From NCBI GenBank assembly GCA_011042305.1, contig DQXI01000214.1, positions 1 to 57,540 of the forward strand: DNA of 57,540 bases, in the 5' to 3' direction. The DNA comes from Desulfobacteraceae bacterium. GTDB taxonomy: Bacteria; Desulfobacterota; Desulfobacteria; Desulfobacterales; UBA2174. The position numbers and the translations under genes are program-made. Positions 20,186 to 29,238 of this stretch are shown here, in pieces. The notes under the pieces were generated by a model. The model worked only from the letters and a program-made list of their open reading frames with translations. It was not told where the DNA came from and made no database searches. How positions within the stretch are numbered: position 1 is the stretch's first letter; each line of letters opens with the position of its first letter.

Positions 20186-21519
20186 CCCACCACGGACAAT
20201 CGCTGGCCCTGTGCCGCAGCAGCGCCCGGGACTTTCTCTATTGCAAGCCCGACGTCCGTCATACCGCCCAGACGGCCGTCTTTCCCGACCCCCAGTTTCA
20301 CGCCAGCGGCGAAGCCATGCCCGGCATTCTCATCGGCTCGGCCTTCGTCACCCGGGCCACCGCCCTGCTGGAACCGCTGGCCCGCTTTGCCACCGCCGTG
20401 CTGCGCCTCGAGGTGCCGGCGCCCGAAGGCGAGGGCCAGCCCCAGGCAAGCGCCTCCCACTGCCGCGTGGCGGAGCAGTTGGTGCAGCTGGAGGAAGAAA
20501 CCGGCGGCATCGGCGGCTGGCTGGACTGGGACCTGTTCGGCTGCATCCTGCCCGATTGGAGCGACCGGGAGGCCCTGGCCCGCATCGAGGCCCTCCTGGC
20601 CGCGCTGTCCGGGCAGATCAGCGAAGCCGTATCGGCCGGGGTGGCCGAGTATCCCTGCTTGCAGTTTTCAAAATCCCAGATCCTCGAAAACGCCCGCAAG
20701 GCCCTGGACCATGCCGCTTTTTTCGGCCCGGGCCGCTGCGTGGCCTTCGACGACACGTCGCTGAACATCAGTGGCGACCAGCGCTACCAGCACGGCGACA
20801 TCAGCGGGGCCATCGAAGAGTTCAAGAAGGCCCTGCTGCTGAACCCGGACAACGTCAACGTCCACAACAGCCTCGGGGTCTGCTACGGCGTCCTGGGGAC
20901 CTACGAGGCGGCCCTGCACAGCTTCGAAGCGGCCCTGGAACGCGCGCCGGAGGATGTCATGGCCTTGTACAACACGGGCCTGAGCCACCTGATGCTCGGC
21001 GACCGGGCCCAAGCCCTGGATTACCTGCGGCGGGCGAGCCGAATCGGGGAACCCGTGTTCGAAGTGGCGTTTCAAACGGGAAGGCTTCACCTTGAAAACG
21101 GCGAAGCGGCCGAGGCCCGGCCCTTTCTCGAAACGGCGACCCGGCTCAACCCCCAGTCGGCCCTTGCCTGGCGCCTGATGGGCCAATGCCTCTTCGCATT
21201 AGAGGCCATCCCGGAGGCCGTGGCGGCCTACAAACGGGCCATCAAGCTCAACCCCGGCGACGCCGAAGCCCTCAGCACCCTGGGCTGGCTCTTCGACCTT
21301 CAGGGAGAAAACCCGGAGATCACCACCATTTTCTGCGAACAGGCCGTGGACATCGCCCCGGACAACGGCCTCTTCCAGTACCGCCTCGGCATGCTGTATC
21401 TGAAGCAGCAGCGCCGTGACGACGCCCTGGCCGCCCTGCAGCGGGCCAGCGAGCGCGGCCACGATGCCAGCGCCGAGATCGAACGGATTATCACCGATCA
21501 AACCGAGGAGAAGAATTGA
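20182..21519 (+). CDS. TPR-repeat protein with an N-terminal degenerate GGDEF-like domain
   Basis: The C-terminal ~240 aa are tandem TPRs (AIEEFKKALLLNPDNVNVHNSLG..., AVAAYKRAIKLNPGDAEAL...). The N-terminal part aligns by eye to a GGDEF fold, with LDWDL in place of GGDEF and ...ARKALDHAAFFGPGRCVAFD at the end. ATGA overlap with the selA stop. Confidence 0.6.
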   Translation: MTHHGQSLALCRSSARDFLYCKPDVRHTAQTAVFPDPQFHASGEAMPGILIGSAFVTRATALLEPLARFATAVLRLEVPAPEGEGQPQASASHCRVAEQLVQLEEETGGIGGWLDWDLFGCILPDWSDREALARIEALLAALSGQISEAVSAGVAEYPCLQFSKSQILENARKALDHAAFFGPGRCVAFDDTSLNISGDQRYQHGDISGAIEEFKKALLLNPDNVNVHNSLGVCYGVLGTYEAALHSFEAALERAPEDVMALYNTGLSHLMLGDRAQALDYLRRASRIGEPVFEVAFQTGRLHLENGEAAEARPFLETATRLNPQSALAWRLMGQCLFALEAIPEAVAAYKRAIKLNPGDAEALSTLGWLFDLQGENPEITTIFCEQAVDIAPDNGLFQYRLGMLYLKQQRRDDALAALQRASERGHDASAEIERIITDQTEEKN

Positions 21520-22118
21520 ACCCCTTGAAAGACATGGTCCTGGCCGCGGCCGCCGACAGCGTCCGGGTCAAGCAGCGCTTTTTCGAGGCCAACGCGGCGC
21601 GTATCGTCCAGGCGGCCGAGCGCATGGCCGTCTGCCTGGTGGCCGGGGGCAAGCTGCTGCTCTTCGGCAACGGCGGCAGCGCCGCCGACGCCCAGCACAT
21701 CGCCGCCGAGTTCGTCAACCGCTTTCGCATCGAACGGCGCCCGTTGGCGGCCATCGCCCTGACCACCGACACCTCGGTGCTCACCAGCATCGGCAACGAC
21801 TACCATTTCGACCAGGTCTTCGCCAAGCAGATCCTGGCGCTGGGCCGGCGCGACGACCTGGCCATCGGCATCAGCACCAGCGGCAACTCGCCCAACGTGC
21901 TGGCCGCCATGGACGCCGCCCGGCAAGCGGGCCTGGGAACCATCGGGCTCACCGGCCGCGGCGGGCGCCTGGCCGAGGCGGCGGAGCTGGTCTTTGCCGT
22001 GGAATCGGATGTTACCGCCAGGATCCAGGAGACCCACATCACCCTGATGCACGTGCTCTGCGAACTGGTGGACCACATCCTCTTCGAAACACCGCAACGG
22101 GACGATCGAACGCCGTGA
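21516..22118 (+). CDS. gmhA: D-sedoheptulose-7-phosphate isomerase (SIS domain)
   Basis: LLFGNGGSAADAQHIAAEF and GISTSGNSPNV blocks closely resemble GmhA. TTG start is preceded by GAGGAG, with a TTGA overlap with the upstream stop. Confidence 0.85.
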   Translation: MNPLKDMVLAAAADSVRVKQRFFEANAARIVQAAERMAVCLVAGGKLLLFGNGGSAADAQHIAAEFVNRFRIERRPLAAIALTTDTSVLTSIGNDYHFDQVFAKQILALGRRDDLAIGISTSGNSPNVLAAMDAARQAGLGTIGLTGRGGRLAEAAELVFAVESDVTARIQETHITLMHVLCELVDHILFETPQRDDRTP

Positions 22119-23080
22119 AGGATCCGCTGCCGCCCATCGATTTGACCGGGTTGACCACCTATCCCCTGGGAGACCGCCCCAGCAAGGTGTCCATCGCCGA
22201 CGCCGGCCGCGCCTGGACCGCTGGCGCGGCGTTGAGCGAATTTTTCGACCGCCTGCCGAACCTGCTGGCCGCCGATGATCTTCGCCACGCCGTGGCCGCC
22301 GTGGCCGAAGCGGCGCGAAAACAGCGCATGATCATCTTCGGCATGGGCGCCCACGTGATCAAGGTGGGGCTTAATCCGACGGTCATCGACCTGATGGACC
22401 GGGGGATTCTCGGTCTGGTGGCCATGAACGGGGCCGGCATCATCCACGACGCCGAGCTGGCCCTGGCCGGCAAGACCTCAGAGGACGTGGGCGCCGCCCT
22501 GGGCGACGGCTCCTTCGGCATGGCCCGTGAAACGGCGGTTTTTCTCGCCGGCGCCGTGCGCCGGGCCGGCCGCGAGCGCATCGGCCTCGGGGAGGCGGTG
22601 GGCCGCGAGATCCTTGACGCCGGCCTTCCCCATGCTGATTTTAGTATTTTGGCGGCCGGGGCGCGGCACGGTATCCCGGTGACGGTGCACGTGGCCATGG
22701 GTACCGACATCCTGCACATGCACCCGGATTTCGACCCGGCGGCGGCCGGGGCAGCCAGCCACCTGGACTTTCGCCGTTTTGCCGCTGCCGTGGCCCGTCT
22801 GGAAGGTGGGGTGTACCTCAACGTGGGCTCGGCGGTAATTCTGCCGGAGGTGTTTCTCAAGGCCACCAGCCTGGCGCGCAACCTCGGCCACCGGCTGGAC
22901 GCCGTCACCACCGTCAACATGGATTTCGTGCGCCACTACCGCCCCCTGACCAACGTGGTGGGCCGCCCCACCAGCCAGGGCGGCCGGGGCATCAACCTGG
23001 TGGGCCACCACGAGATCATGGTTCCCCTGCTCGCCGCCGGGGTGATTGACACGTTGGCGCGAAATAAAAGAAAACGATAA
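22115..23080 (+). CDS. conserved hypothetical, deoxyhypusine-synthase-like fold
   Basis: GTG start forms a GTGA overlap with the gmhA stop. The segment IIFGMGAHVIKVGLNPTVIDLMDRGILGLVAMNGAGIIHDAELAL resembles the DHS family core (…SNLISSG…VDVLVTTAGG…ED). The part of ORF 21416.. upstream of 22115 overlaps gmhA and is not coding. Confidence 0.45.
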   Translation: MKDPLPPIDLTGLTTYPLGDRPSKVSIADAGRAWTAGAALSEFFDRLPNLLAADDLRHAVAAVAEAARKQRMIIFGMGAHVIKVGLNPTVIDLMDRGILGLVAMNGAGIIHDAELALAGKTSEDVGAALGDGSFGMARETAVFLAGAVRRAGRERIGLGEAVGREILDAGLPHADFSILAAGARHGIPVTVHVAMGTDILHMHPDFDPAAAGAASHLDFRRFAAAVARLEGGVYLNVGSAVILPEVFLKATSLARNLGHRLDAVTTVNMDFVRHYRPLTNVVGRPTSQGGRGINLVGHHEIMVPLLAAGVIDTLARNKRKR

Positions 23081-23151
23081 CCAGCGGTCGGATCAAACCG
23101 CAAGAGAGGCCGCCGGCCACAACCGATAACCATCAACCAGGAAAACCCATT

Positions 23152-23385
23152 ATGCCGATCTACGAATACCACTGTCCCGACTGCGGCAAGAACTTCGAAT
23201 GCCTCGTTTTCGGCCAGGAAGCCCCCGAGGGCTGCCCCCACTGCGAAGGGCACAACGTCCAGCGCATGCTGTCGGCCTGCGGCTTCGTGACCAAGGGCAG
23301 CGGCGGCGCCACCGTGTCCCGCTCCGCCGGCGCCTCCGCCTGCGCCGGCTGCTCGGCCACCAGCTGTAGCACCTGCGGGCACTGA
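23152..23385 (+). CDS. FmdB-family zinc-ribbon protein
   Basis: MPIYEYHCPDCG...CPHC is the canonical CxxC-N-CxxC zinc-ribbon start, followed by a Cys/Ser/Ala-rich tail. Confidence 0.8.
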   Translation: MPIYEYHCPDCGKNFECLVFGQEAPEGCPHCEGHNVQRMLSACGFVTKGSGGATVSRSAGASACAGCSATSCSTCGH

Positions 23386-24323
23386 TGGGGCTCAAGCTGA
23401 CCATCGGCACCCGCGGCAGCAAGCTGGCCCTGTGGCAGGCGCAATGGGTCGGCGACCAGATCCGTCGCCTCTATCCCGATTGCACCGTCGAGCTGGTCGT
23501 GATCAAGACGCGGGGGGATAAGATCCTGGACGTCTCCTTGGCCGAGGTGGGCGGCAAGGGGCTGTTCGTTAAGGAAATCGAGGAGGCCCTGCTCGACGGC
23601 CGCCTCGATCTGGCCGTCCACAGCATGAAGGACATGCCGGCAGAGCTGCCCGAGGGGCTGTGCATCGGCCCGGTGCCCGAACGCGAGGACCCCGCCGACG
23701 TCTTGATCTCCCGCGACGGCCTGATTCTGGACGACCTGCCCGCCGGCGCCAGGGTAGGCACGGCCAGCTTGAGGCGGGCCGCCCAGCTCAAGCACCATCG
23801 GCCGGACCTGACCATCGTTTCCCTGCGTGGCAATCTCGACACCCGGCTGCGCAAACTGGCGGATCCAGCCGAACGCCTGGACGCCATCGTGCTGGCCGCT
23901 GCCGGGGTGCGCCGGCTGGGGCTGGCGGATCGCATCACCCAGCGCCTTCCCACCGACATCGTCCTGCCAGCCGTGGCCCAGGGGGCCCTGTGCATCGAGC
24001 TGCGCCGCGACGACCCGTTCACCGCCGCCATGGTGGCGCCGCTGGACCACTTGCCGTCGCGCATCGCCGTGCGCGCCGAGCGCGCCTTTCTGCACCGGCT
24101 GAAAGGTGGCTGCCAGGTGCCCATCGGGGCCCATGCCAACGTGGACGATGGCCATGTGTCCATCTCGGGGCTGGTGGCCGAGTTGGACGGCGCCGAAATG
24201 GTCCGTGAAACCCTCACCGGACCGGTCAACGCCGCCGGGGCCGTCGGCAAAGCCCTGGCCGAGAGGCTTCTGGCCGCCGGCGCGGATCGCATCCTGGAAG
24301 AAATCGCCGCCCATGAAAGCTGA
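23385..24323 (+). CDS. hemC: hydroxymethylbilane synthase (porphobilinogen deaminase)
   Basis: IGTRGSKLALWQA start and GGCQVPIGA cofactor-Cys block, 312 aa. Confidence 0.95.
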   Translation: MGLKLTIGTRGSKLALWQAQWVGDQIRRLYPDCTVELVVIKTRGDKILDVSLAEVGGKGLFVKEIEEALLDGRLDLAVHSMKDMPAELPEGLCIGPVPEREDPADVLISRDGLILDDLPAGARVGTASLRRAAQLKHHRPDLTIVSLRGNLDTRLRKLADPAERLDAIVLAAAGVRRLGLADRITQRLPTDIVLPAVAQGALCIELRRDDPFTAAMVAPLDHLPSRIAVRAERAFLHRLKGGCQVPIGAHANVDDGHVSISGLVAELDGAEMVRETLTGPVNAAGAVGKALAERLLAAGADRILEEIAAHES

Positions 24324-25857
24324 AACTCGAAAAGGCAAGGTCTACCTCGTCGGCGCCGGCCCCGGCGACCCCGGCCTGATTACGGTACGGGGCCGGGAAT
24401 GCATCCGCCGTGCCGAGGTGCTCGTCTACGACTACCTGGCGGCGCCGGAGCTGCTGCGCCATGCCCCCGAAACGGCCGAGCGCATCTACGTGGGCAAGCA
24501 GGGCGGCGACCACACCCTCGGTCAGGAAGAAATCAACCGGCTGCTGGTGGAAAAGGCCCGGGCCGGCCGCACGGTCACCCGGCTCAAGGGGGGCGATCCG
24601 TTCATCTTCGGCCGGGGAGGGGAAGAAGCCGAAGTCCTGGTTCAACACGGCATCGCCTTCGAAATCGTTCCCGGGGTCACCAGCGCGGTGGCGGCCCCGG
24701 CCTACGCCGGCATTCCCCTGACCCATCGCCAGTTCACCTCCACTCTGGCCTTCGTCACCGGCCACGAGGACCCCAACAAGACGGACTCGAGCATCGACTG
24801 GGCCGCTTTGGCCGGCGGCATCGGTACCCTCGTCTTCTTCATGGGGGTCCGGAACCTGCCGCAGATCGTCGAGCGCCTGGTGGCCCACGGCCGTTCCCCG
24901 GAGACGCCGGTAGCCCTGGTGCGCTGGGGGACCACGGCCCGCCAGCGCACCGTCACCGGTACTCTCGGTGATATCGTCGAACGGGTGGCCGTTGCCGGCC
25001 TCAAGGCCCCGTGCATCATCGTGGTGGGCGAAGTGGTCCGGTTGCGCCAACGTCTGCGGTGGTTCGAAAACAGCCGGCCCCTGCTGGGCCGAACCATCGT
25101 CGTCACCCGGGCCCGCGCCCAGGCCAGCGACCTGGTGGCCCGCTTGAGCGAGTTGGGCGCCGAATGCCTGGAGTGCCCCACCATCCGGGTGGTGCCGCCT
25201 GCCGATTGGGCCCCCCTGGACGCGGCCATCGCATCCCTTGACCGCTACCGGTGGATCGTGTTTACCAGTGTCAACGGGGTTCGCTTTTTCTTCGAGCGTC
25301 TCTTCGCCCTGGGCCACGACGTCCGCCGCCTCGGCCATCTGCGCACGGCGGTGATCGGTCCGGCCACGGCCGCACGCCTGGCCGATTTCGGGATCTGCAG
25401 CGACATCGTGCCGGAAAGCTACCGGGCCGAATCGGTGGTGCACGCTTTCGCCGACCAGGACCTGGATGGCGCGCGGATCCTGCTGCCAAGAGCCGCCGAG
25501 GCGCGGCCGGTGCTGCCCGAAGAACTCTCCAGGATGGGGGCGACGGTGGACGAAATCCCCGTCTACCGCACCGTGCCGGACGACTCAGGGCGCCAGGCCC
25601 TCGTGACGGCCTTGGAAAAACAAGCCATCGACATGGTCACCTTCACCAGCAGCTCCACGGTGCGCAACTTCAAGGCGCTGCTGCCCGAGGAGCGCTTCGA
25701 GGCGCTGATGACCGGCGTCACCGTGGCCAGCATTGGCCCCATCACCTCCGAAACGGCGGCCGGTCTCGGTTTCCATGTGGACCTGAGCGCAGCGACCTTC
25801 ACCATCGATGGGCTGGTGGCCGAAATCGTGGCGCATTATATGAAACTGGGCGCCTGA
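24313..25857 (+). CDS. cobA-hemD: bifunctional uroporphyrinogen-III C-methyltransferase / uroporphyrinogen-III synthase
   Basis: N-terminus VYLVGAGPGDPGLITVRG (SUMT) and a C-terminal ~250-aa HemD-like half. The start is at ATG 24313, overlapping the hemC end. Confidence 0.9.
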   Translation: MKAETRKGKVYLVGAGPGDPGLITVRGRECIRRAEVLVYDYLAAPELLRHAPETAERIYVGKQGGDHTLGQEEINRLLVEKARAGRTVTRLKGGDPFIFGRGGEEAEVLVQHGIAFEIVPGVTSAVAAPAYAGIPLTHRQFTSTLAFVTGHEDPNKTDSSIDWAALAGGIGTLVFFMGVRNLPQIVERLVAHGRSPETPVALVRWGTTARQRTVTGTLGDIVERVAVAGLKAPCIIVVGEVVRLRQRLRWFENSRPLLGRTIVVTRARAQASDLVARLSELGAECLECPTIRVVPPADWAPLDAAIASLDRYRWIVFTSVNGVRFFFERLFALGHDVRRLGHLRTAVIGPATAARLADFGICSDIVPESYRAESVVHAFADQDLDGARILLPRAAEARPVLPEELSRMGATVDEIPVYRTVPDDSGRQALVTALEKQAIDMVTFTSSSTVRNFKALLPEERFEALMTGVTVASIGPITSETAAGLGFHVDLSAATFTIDGLVAEIVAHYMKLGA

Positions 25858-25964
25858 AACCCGAGAGGGGGCCGGCCTGTCGGACAAGTCCGATTCGTGC
25901 GACAAAGAAACTGGCGCCTGATCGGGGTATTGCCACAAACCGCAACCCGAAGCCAGCGACTGAA

Positions 25965-27134
25965 ATGGACGCCATCATCGCCCGCTTGCCCGAATTTGTG
26001 CAGGTCATCGAGGCCATCCGCGAGATCGTGTTGGCCAACGTGGTCCTGTTGGGCCAGATTCCCTCGCCGACCTTCCAGGAGCAGCACCGCACCGTCGCCT
26101 TGCTCGAACGCCTGGCCCAGGCCCAGGTGGATGAATGCACCACCGACGGCTACCGCAACCCGGTGGGCATCGTCCGCGGCACCGACAGCAACCGTCCGCC
26201 CATCTTCGTCGTGGCCCACCTGGACACCCCCTTCGGCAAGGAAGTGGACCACGATTACACCGTGGGCGAAAACGACATCGTCGGCCCCGGCATCCTGGAC
26301 AACTCGGTGGGGGTGGGAGTGCTGGCATCCCTGCCGCAGATCTTCCGCCACCTCGGCCTGCGCTTCGCCTCGGACATCGTCCTGGCCGGCGTGATCCAAT
26401 CCATGGGCAAGGGCAACCTGCGCGGGGTGCGCCACCTGCTGAAGACCTGGCCCACCCCCATCAGCGGTGCCGTGGTGATGGAAGGCTTCGAGCTCGGCCG
26501 GATCGATCATTATTCCGAAGGGATGGTGCGGGCCGAGATCGAGTGCCGGACCCGGCCGGAACATGCGCCGGGCCACGGGCACGAGCCCCGCTTTCGGCCC
26601 AACCCGATTCTCGTCCTCAACGAGGCGATCAACAAGATCCTGGAAATCCGACTCCCGCAACGCCCGCGGTCCCAGGTGATCGTAGGCCGCATCAGCGGCG
26701 GGCTCAAGCACGGGGTGATCCCCTACAGCGCCCAGTTGGGCATCGAAATCCAGAGCACCTCCCACCAGATGGTCAAATCCATCTCGGACCAGATCCAGGA
26801 CCTGGTCACCGGCCTGGGCTACGAGCACGAAGTCGACATGGACATCAAAATCATCAGCAATGTCAGGGCGTCCCGCCTGCCGTTTCACCATCCGCTGGTG
26901 AAAGTGGCCAGCCAGATCATCACGGCCCTGGGGATTCAGCCGGTGCTGTCCCACAGCGAGTCGGAGCTCTCGGTGTTCCTTTCGCGCCAAATTCCGGCCG
27001 TGGCCATCGGGTTGACCTTGGGCGAAAATCTTCACCAGCTCGACGCCCGCATGGAAATCGGCCCCCTGAGCCGCGGCATCGCCCAGGTGCTCGGCGTCCT
27101 GCTGGCCATCGACAGTGGAATTTGCCATGGATGA
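25965..27134 (+). CDS. M20/M42-type metallopeptidase-family hydrolase
   Basis: Start at ATG 25965 (MDAIIARLPEF...). VVAHLDTPF and GILDNSVGV metal-ligand-like blocks are present. The upstream part of ORF 25251.. overlaps hemD. Confidence 0.75.
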   Translation: MDAIIARLPEFVQVIEAIREIVLANVVLLGQIPSPTFQEQHRTVALLERLAQAQVDECTTDGYRNPVGIVRGTDSNRPPIFVVAHLDTPFGKEVDHDYTVGENDIVGPGILDNSVGVGVLASLPQIFRHLGLRFASDIVLAGVIQSMGKGNLRGVRHLLKTWPTPISGAVVMEGFELGRIDHYSEGMVRAEIECRTRPEHAPGHGHEPRFRPNPILVLNEAINKILEIRLPQRPRSQVIVGRISGGLKHGVIPYSAQLGIEIQSTSHQMVKSISDQIQDLVTGLGYEHEVDMDIKIISNVRASRLPFHHPLVKVASQIITALGIQPVLSHSESELSVFLSRQIPAVAIGLTLGENLHQLDARMEIGPLSRGIAQVLGVLLAIDSGICHG

Positions 27135-28164
27135 CACTTGGCTCAAACGCAATACCTTTCACTACAAGGACTTCCAGGACATCGAACGCCTGGTGGCGGT
27201 CAAGGAAGAAAGGGGACTGACGATTTCTGTCTGCCTGCCGACCCTCAACGAGGAGAAGACCATCGGCAAGGAGATCGTCATCCTGCGCTCGGAGCTCATG
27301 ACCCGATTTCCCCTGATCGACGAGCTCGTGGTGGTGGACTCGGGTTCCACCGACCGCACCGGGGACGTGGCCCGGGCCTTCGGCGCCGAATTTTACCGGG
27401 CCGACGACATCCTCCCCGAACTGGGCCTGCGGCGGGGCAAGGGCGAAAATCTCTGGAAGGCATTGTACATCACCCGCGGCGACATCATCGTCTACCTGGA
27501 TGCGGACATCAAGAACATCCACCACCGCTTCGCTTACGGGCTGATCGGGCCCCTGGTGCTCAACGACCGGATCCGCTACGCCAAGGCGTTCTACGACCGG
27601 CCCATCGCCACCGGCAAGAACGTCATGCGGCCCACCGGCGGCGGGAGGGTCACCGAGCTGGTGATCCGGCCGCTGTTTTCCATCTATTTTCCCGAATTGA
27701 CCCAGATTCTCCAGCCGCTTTCCGGCGAGTACGCCGCCTACCGCGACATCCTTGAACAGGTGCCCTTTCCCATCGGCTACGGCATTGAAACCAGCCTGAT
27801 CCTCGATATTTGCCAACGCTGGGGAATGGACGCGATCTGCCAGGTGGACCTGGAAAAACGCATTCACCGCAACCAGGACACCAAGGCCCTGGGCAAGATG
27901 GCCTTCGTGGTGATGCAGACCTTCTTCCGCCGCCTCAACCGCCTCGGGGCCCTGACCTCGGGCCCTCCCATGCACAACCAGATGATCCAGTACCGCCTGG
28001 TGGGCGACGCCTATGTGCCCGAGCTGTTCACCTGCGACGGTTTCGAGCGCCCCCCCATGATCGATGTGCCCGCCTACCGGAGCAAGTTCGGCCGCAGCCG
28101 GCCGGCGGTGGAAAACGCTCGCGAAAACGTTTCAGGACTGGACAAGGCGCCGTCGGGCGATTAG
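27115..28164 (+). CDS. gpgS: glucosyl-3-phosphoglycerate synthase-like glycosyltransferase (GT81/GT2-like)
   Basis: ISVCLPTLNEEKTIG, VVDSGSTDRTG, RGKGENLW and YLDADI blocks match GpgS by eye. The start is GTG 27115 or ATG 27127, both overlapping the upstream stop at 27132-27134. Confidence 0.75.
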   Translation: MEFAMDDTWLKRNTFHYKDFQDIERLVAVKEERGLTISVCLPTLNEEKTIGKEIVILRSELMTRFPLIDELVVVDSGSTDRTGDVARAFGAEFYRADDILPELGLRRGKGENLWKALYITRGDIIVYLDADIKNIHHRFAYGLIGPLVLNDRIRYAKAFYDRPIATGKNVMRPTGGGRVTELVIRPLFSIYFPELTQILQPLSGEYAAYRDILEQVPFPIGYGIETSLILDICQRWGMDAICQVDLEKRIHRNQDTKALGKMAFVVMQTFFRRLNRLGALTSGPPMHNQMIQYRLVGDAYVPELFTCDGFERPPMIDVPAYRSKFGRSRPAVENARENVSGLDKAPSGD

Positions 28165-28245
28165 CATGCACTTTTAGGTAAAACCCCAACCGGCGCAGGC
28201 TCTGGCCTGCCGCCCACGCCCCATCAAGGCAAGCGGAGTCCGATT

Positions 28246-29238
28246 GTGATCCCCAAGCCCCTCATCGACCCTTATCAACGCCATTTGAGCTACCTGCGCA
28301 TCTCGATCACCGACCGCTGCAACCTGCGCTGCATCTACTGCATGCCCCGGGAAATGATTCCCAAACTGGAGCACAGCGCCGTGCTGCGCTACGAAGAAAT
28401 CCTGCGTATTGCCCGGGTGGCAGCGGGCCTCGGCATCACCAAGCTGCGCGTCACCGGCGGCGAACCGCTGGTGCGCCGCGATGCCTGCGACCTGCTGGCC
28501 CAACTCAACCGGCTGCCGGGCATCCGGGAAGTCTCCCTGACCACCAACGGCGTACTGTTGACCGAGCGCCTCGACGACATCCTGGCGGCCGGGGTGCGCC
28601 GCGTCAACATCAGCCTCGACAGTCTGAAACCCGAGCGCTTTGCCGTCATCACCCGGGTGAATTGTTTCCGGAAGGTCTGGGACGGAATCATGGCGGCCTT
28701 GGACAGGGGGATGGCGCCGGTAAAAATCAACGTGGTGGCCCTGCGAGGGGTCAACGACGACGAACTGACGGACCTGGCGGCTTTGAGCCTCCGCTATCCC
28801 GTTCACGTGCGTTTCATCGAGCAGATGCCCATCGGAGAAGCCGCCCTGCAACCGGTGCGTCCCCTGCTGACACCGGAAATCAAGACCTTGCTGGCCCCCC
28901 TGGGCCAGCTGGAACCGGTGCCAGCGTCGGCCAACGACGGGCCGGCCGAACGCTACCGGATCCCCGGCGCCCCGGGGGAAATCGGTTTCATCAGCGCCCT
29001 GAGCCACCACTTCTGCCACCGGTGCAACCGGTTGCGTCTTACGGCCATCGGCGGTCTGCGCCCCTGCCTGCTTTCCGACTATGAGGAAGACCTGCGCACC
29101 CCCTTGCGCCACGGGGCCCCTGACGAAGCGCTCGCCGAGGTGTTTTTAAACGCCGTGCGCCACAAGCCGGCCGGCCACCACCTGGCCGAGCCGCGCCACA
29201 AGGAGGTGGCCAGCGCCATGTCGGGAATCGGGGGGTGA
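28246..29238 (+). CDS. moaA: GTP 3',8-cyclase (molybdenum cofactor biosynthesis protein A)
   Basis: Radical-SAM CNLRCIYCMP, C-terminal CHRCNRLRLTAIGGLRPCL cluster motif, 330 aa. Confidence 0.93.
   Translation: MIPKPLIDPYQRHLSYLRISITDRCNLRCIYCMPREMIPKLEHSAVLRYEEILRIARVAAGLGITKLRVTGGEPLVRRDACDLLAQLNRLPGIREVSLTTNGVLLTERLDDILAAGVRRVNISLDSLKPERFAVITRVNCFRKVWDGIMAALDRGMAPVKINVVALRGVNDDELTDLAALSLRYPVHVRFIEQMPIGEAALQPVRPLLTPEIKTLLAPLGQLEPVPASANDGPAERYRIPGAPGEIGFISALSHHFCHRCNRLRLTAIGGLRPCLLSDYEEDLRTPLRHGAPDEALAEVFLNAVRHKPAGHHLAEPRHKEVASAMSGIGG

Noticed and set aside
28165-28245. Possible Moco riboswitch upstream of moaA.
   Set aside because: The spacer is only 81 nt, shorter than the motif, and I could not find the conserved Moco RNA blocks.
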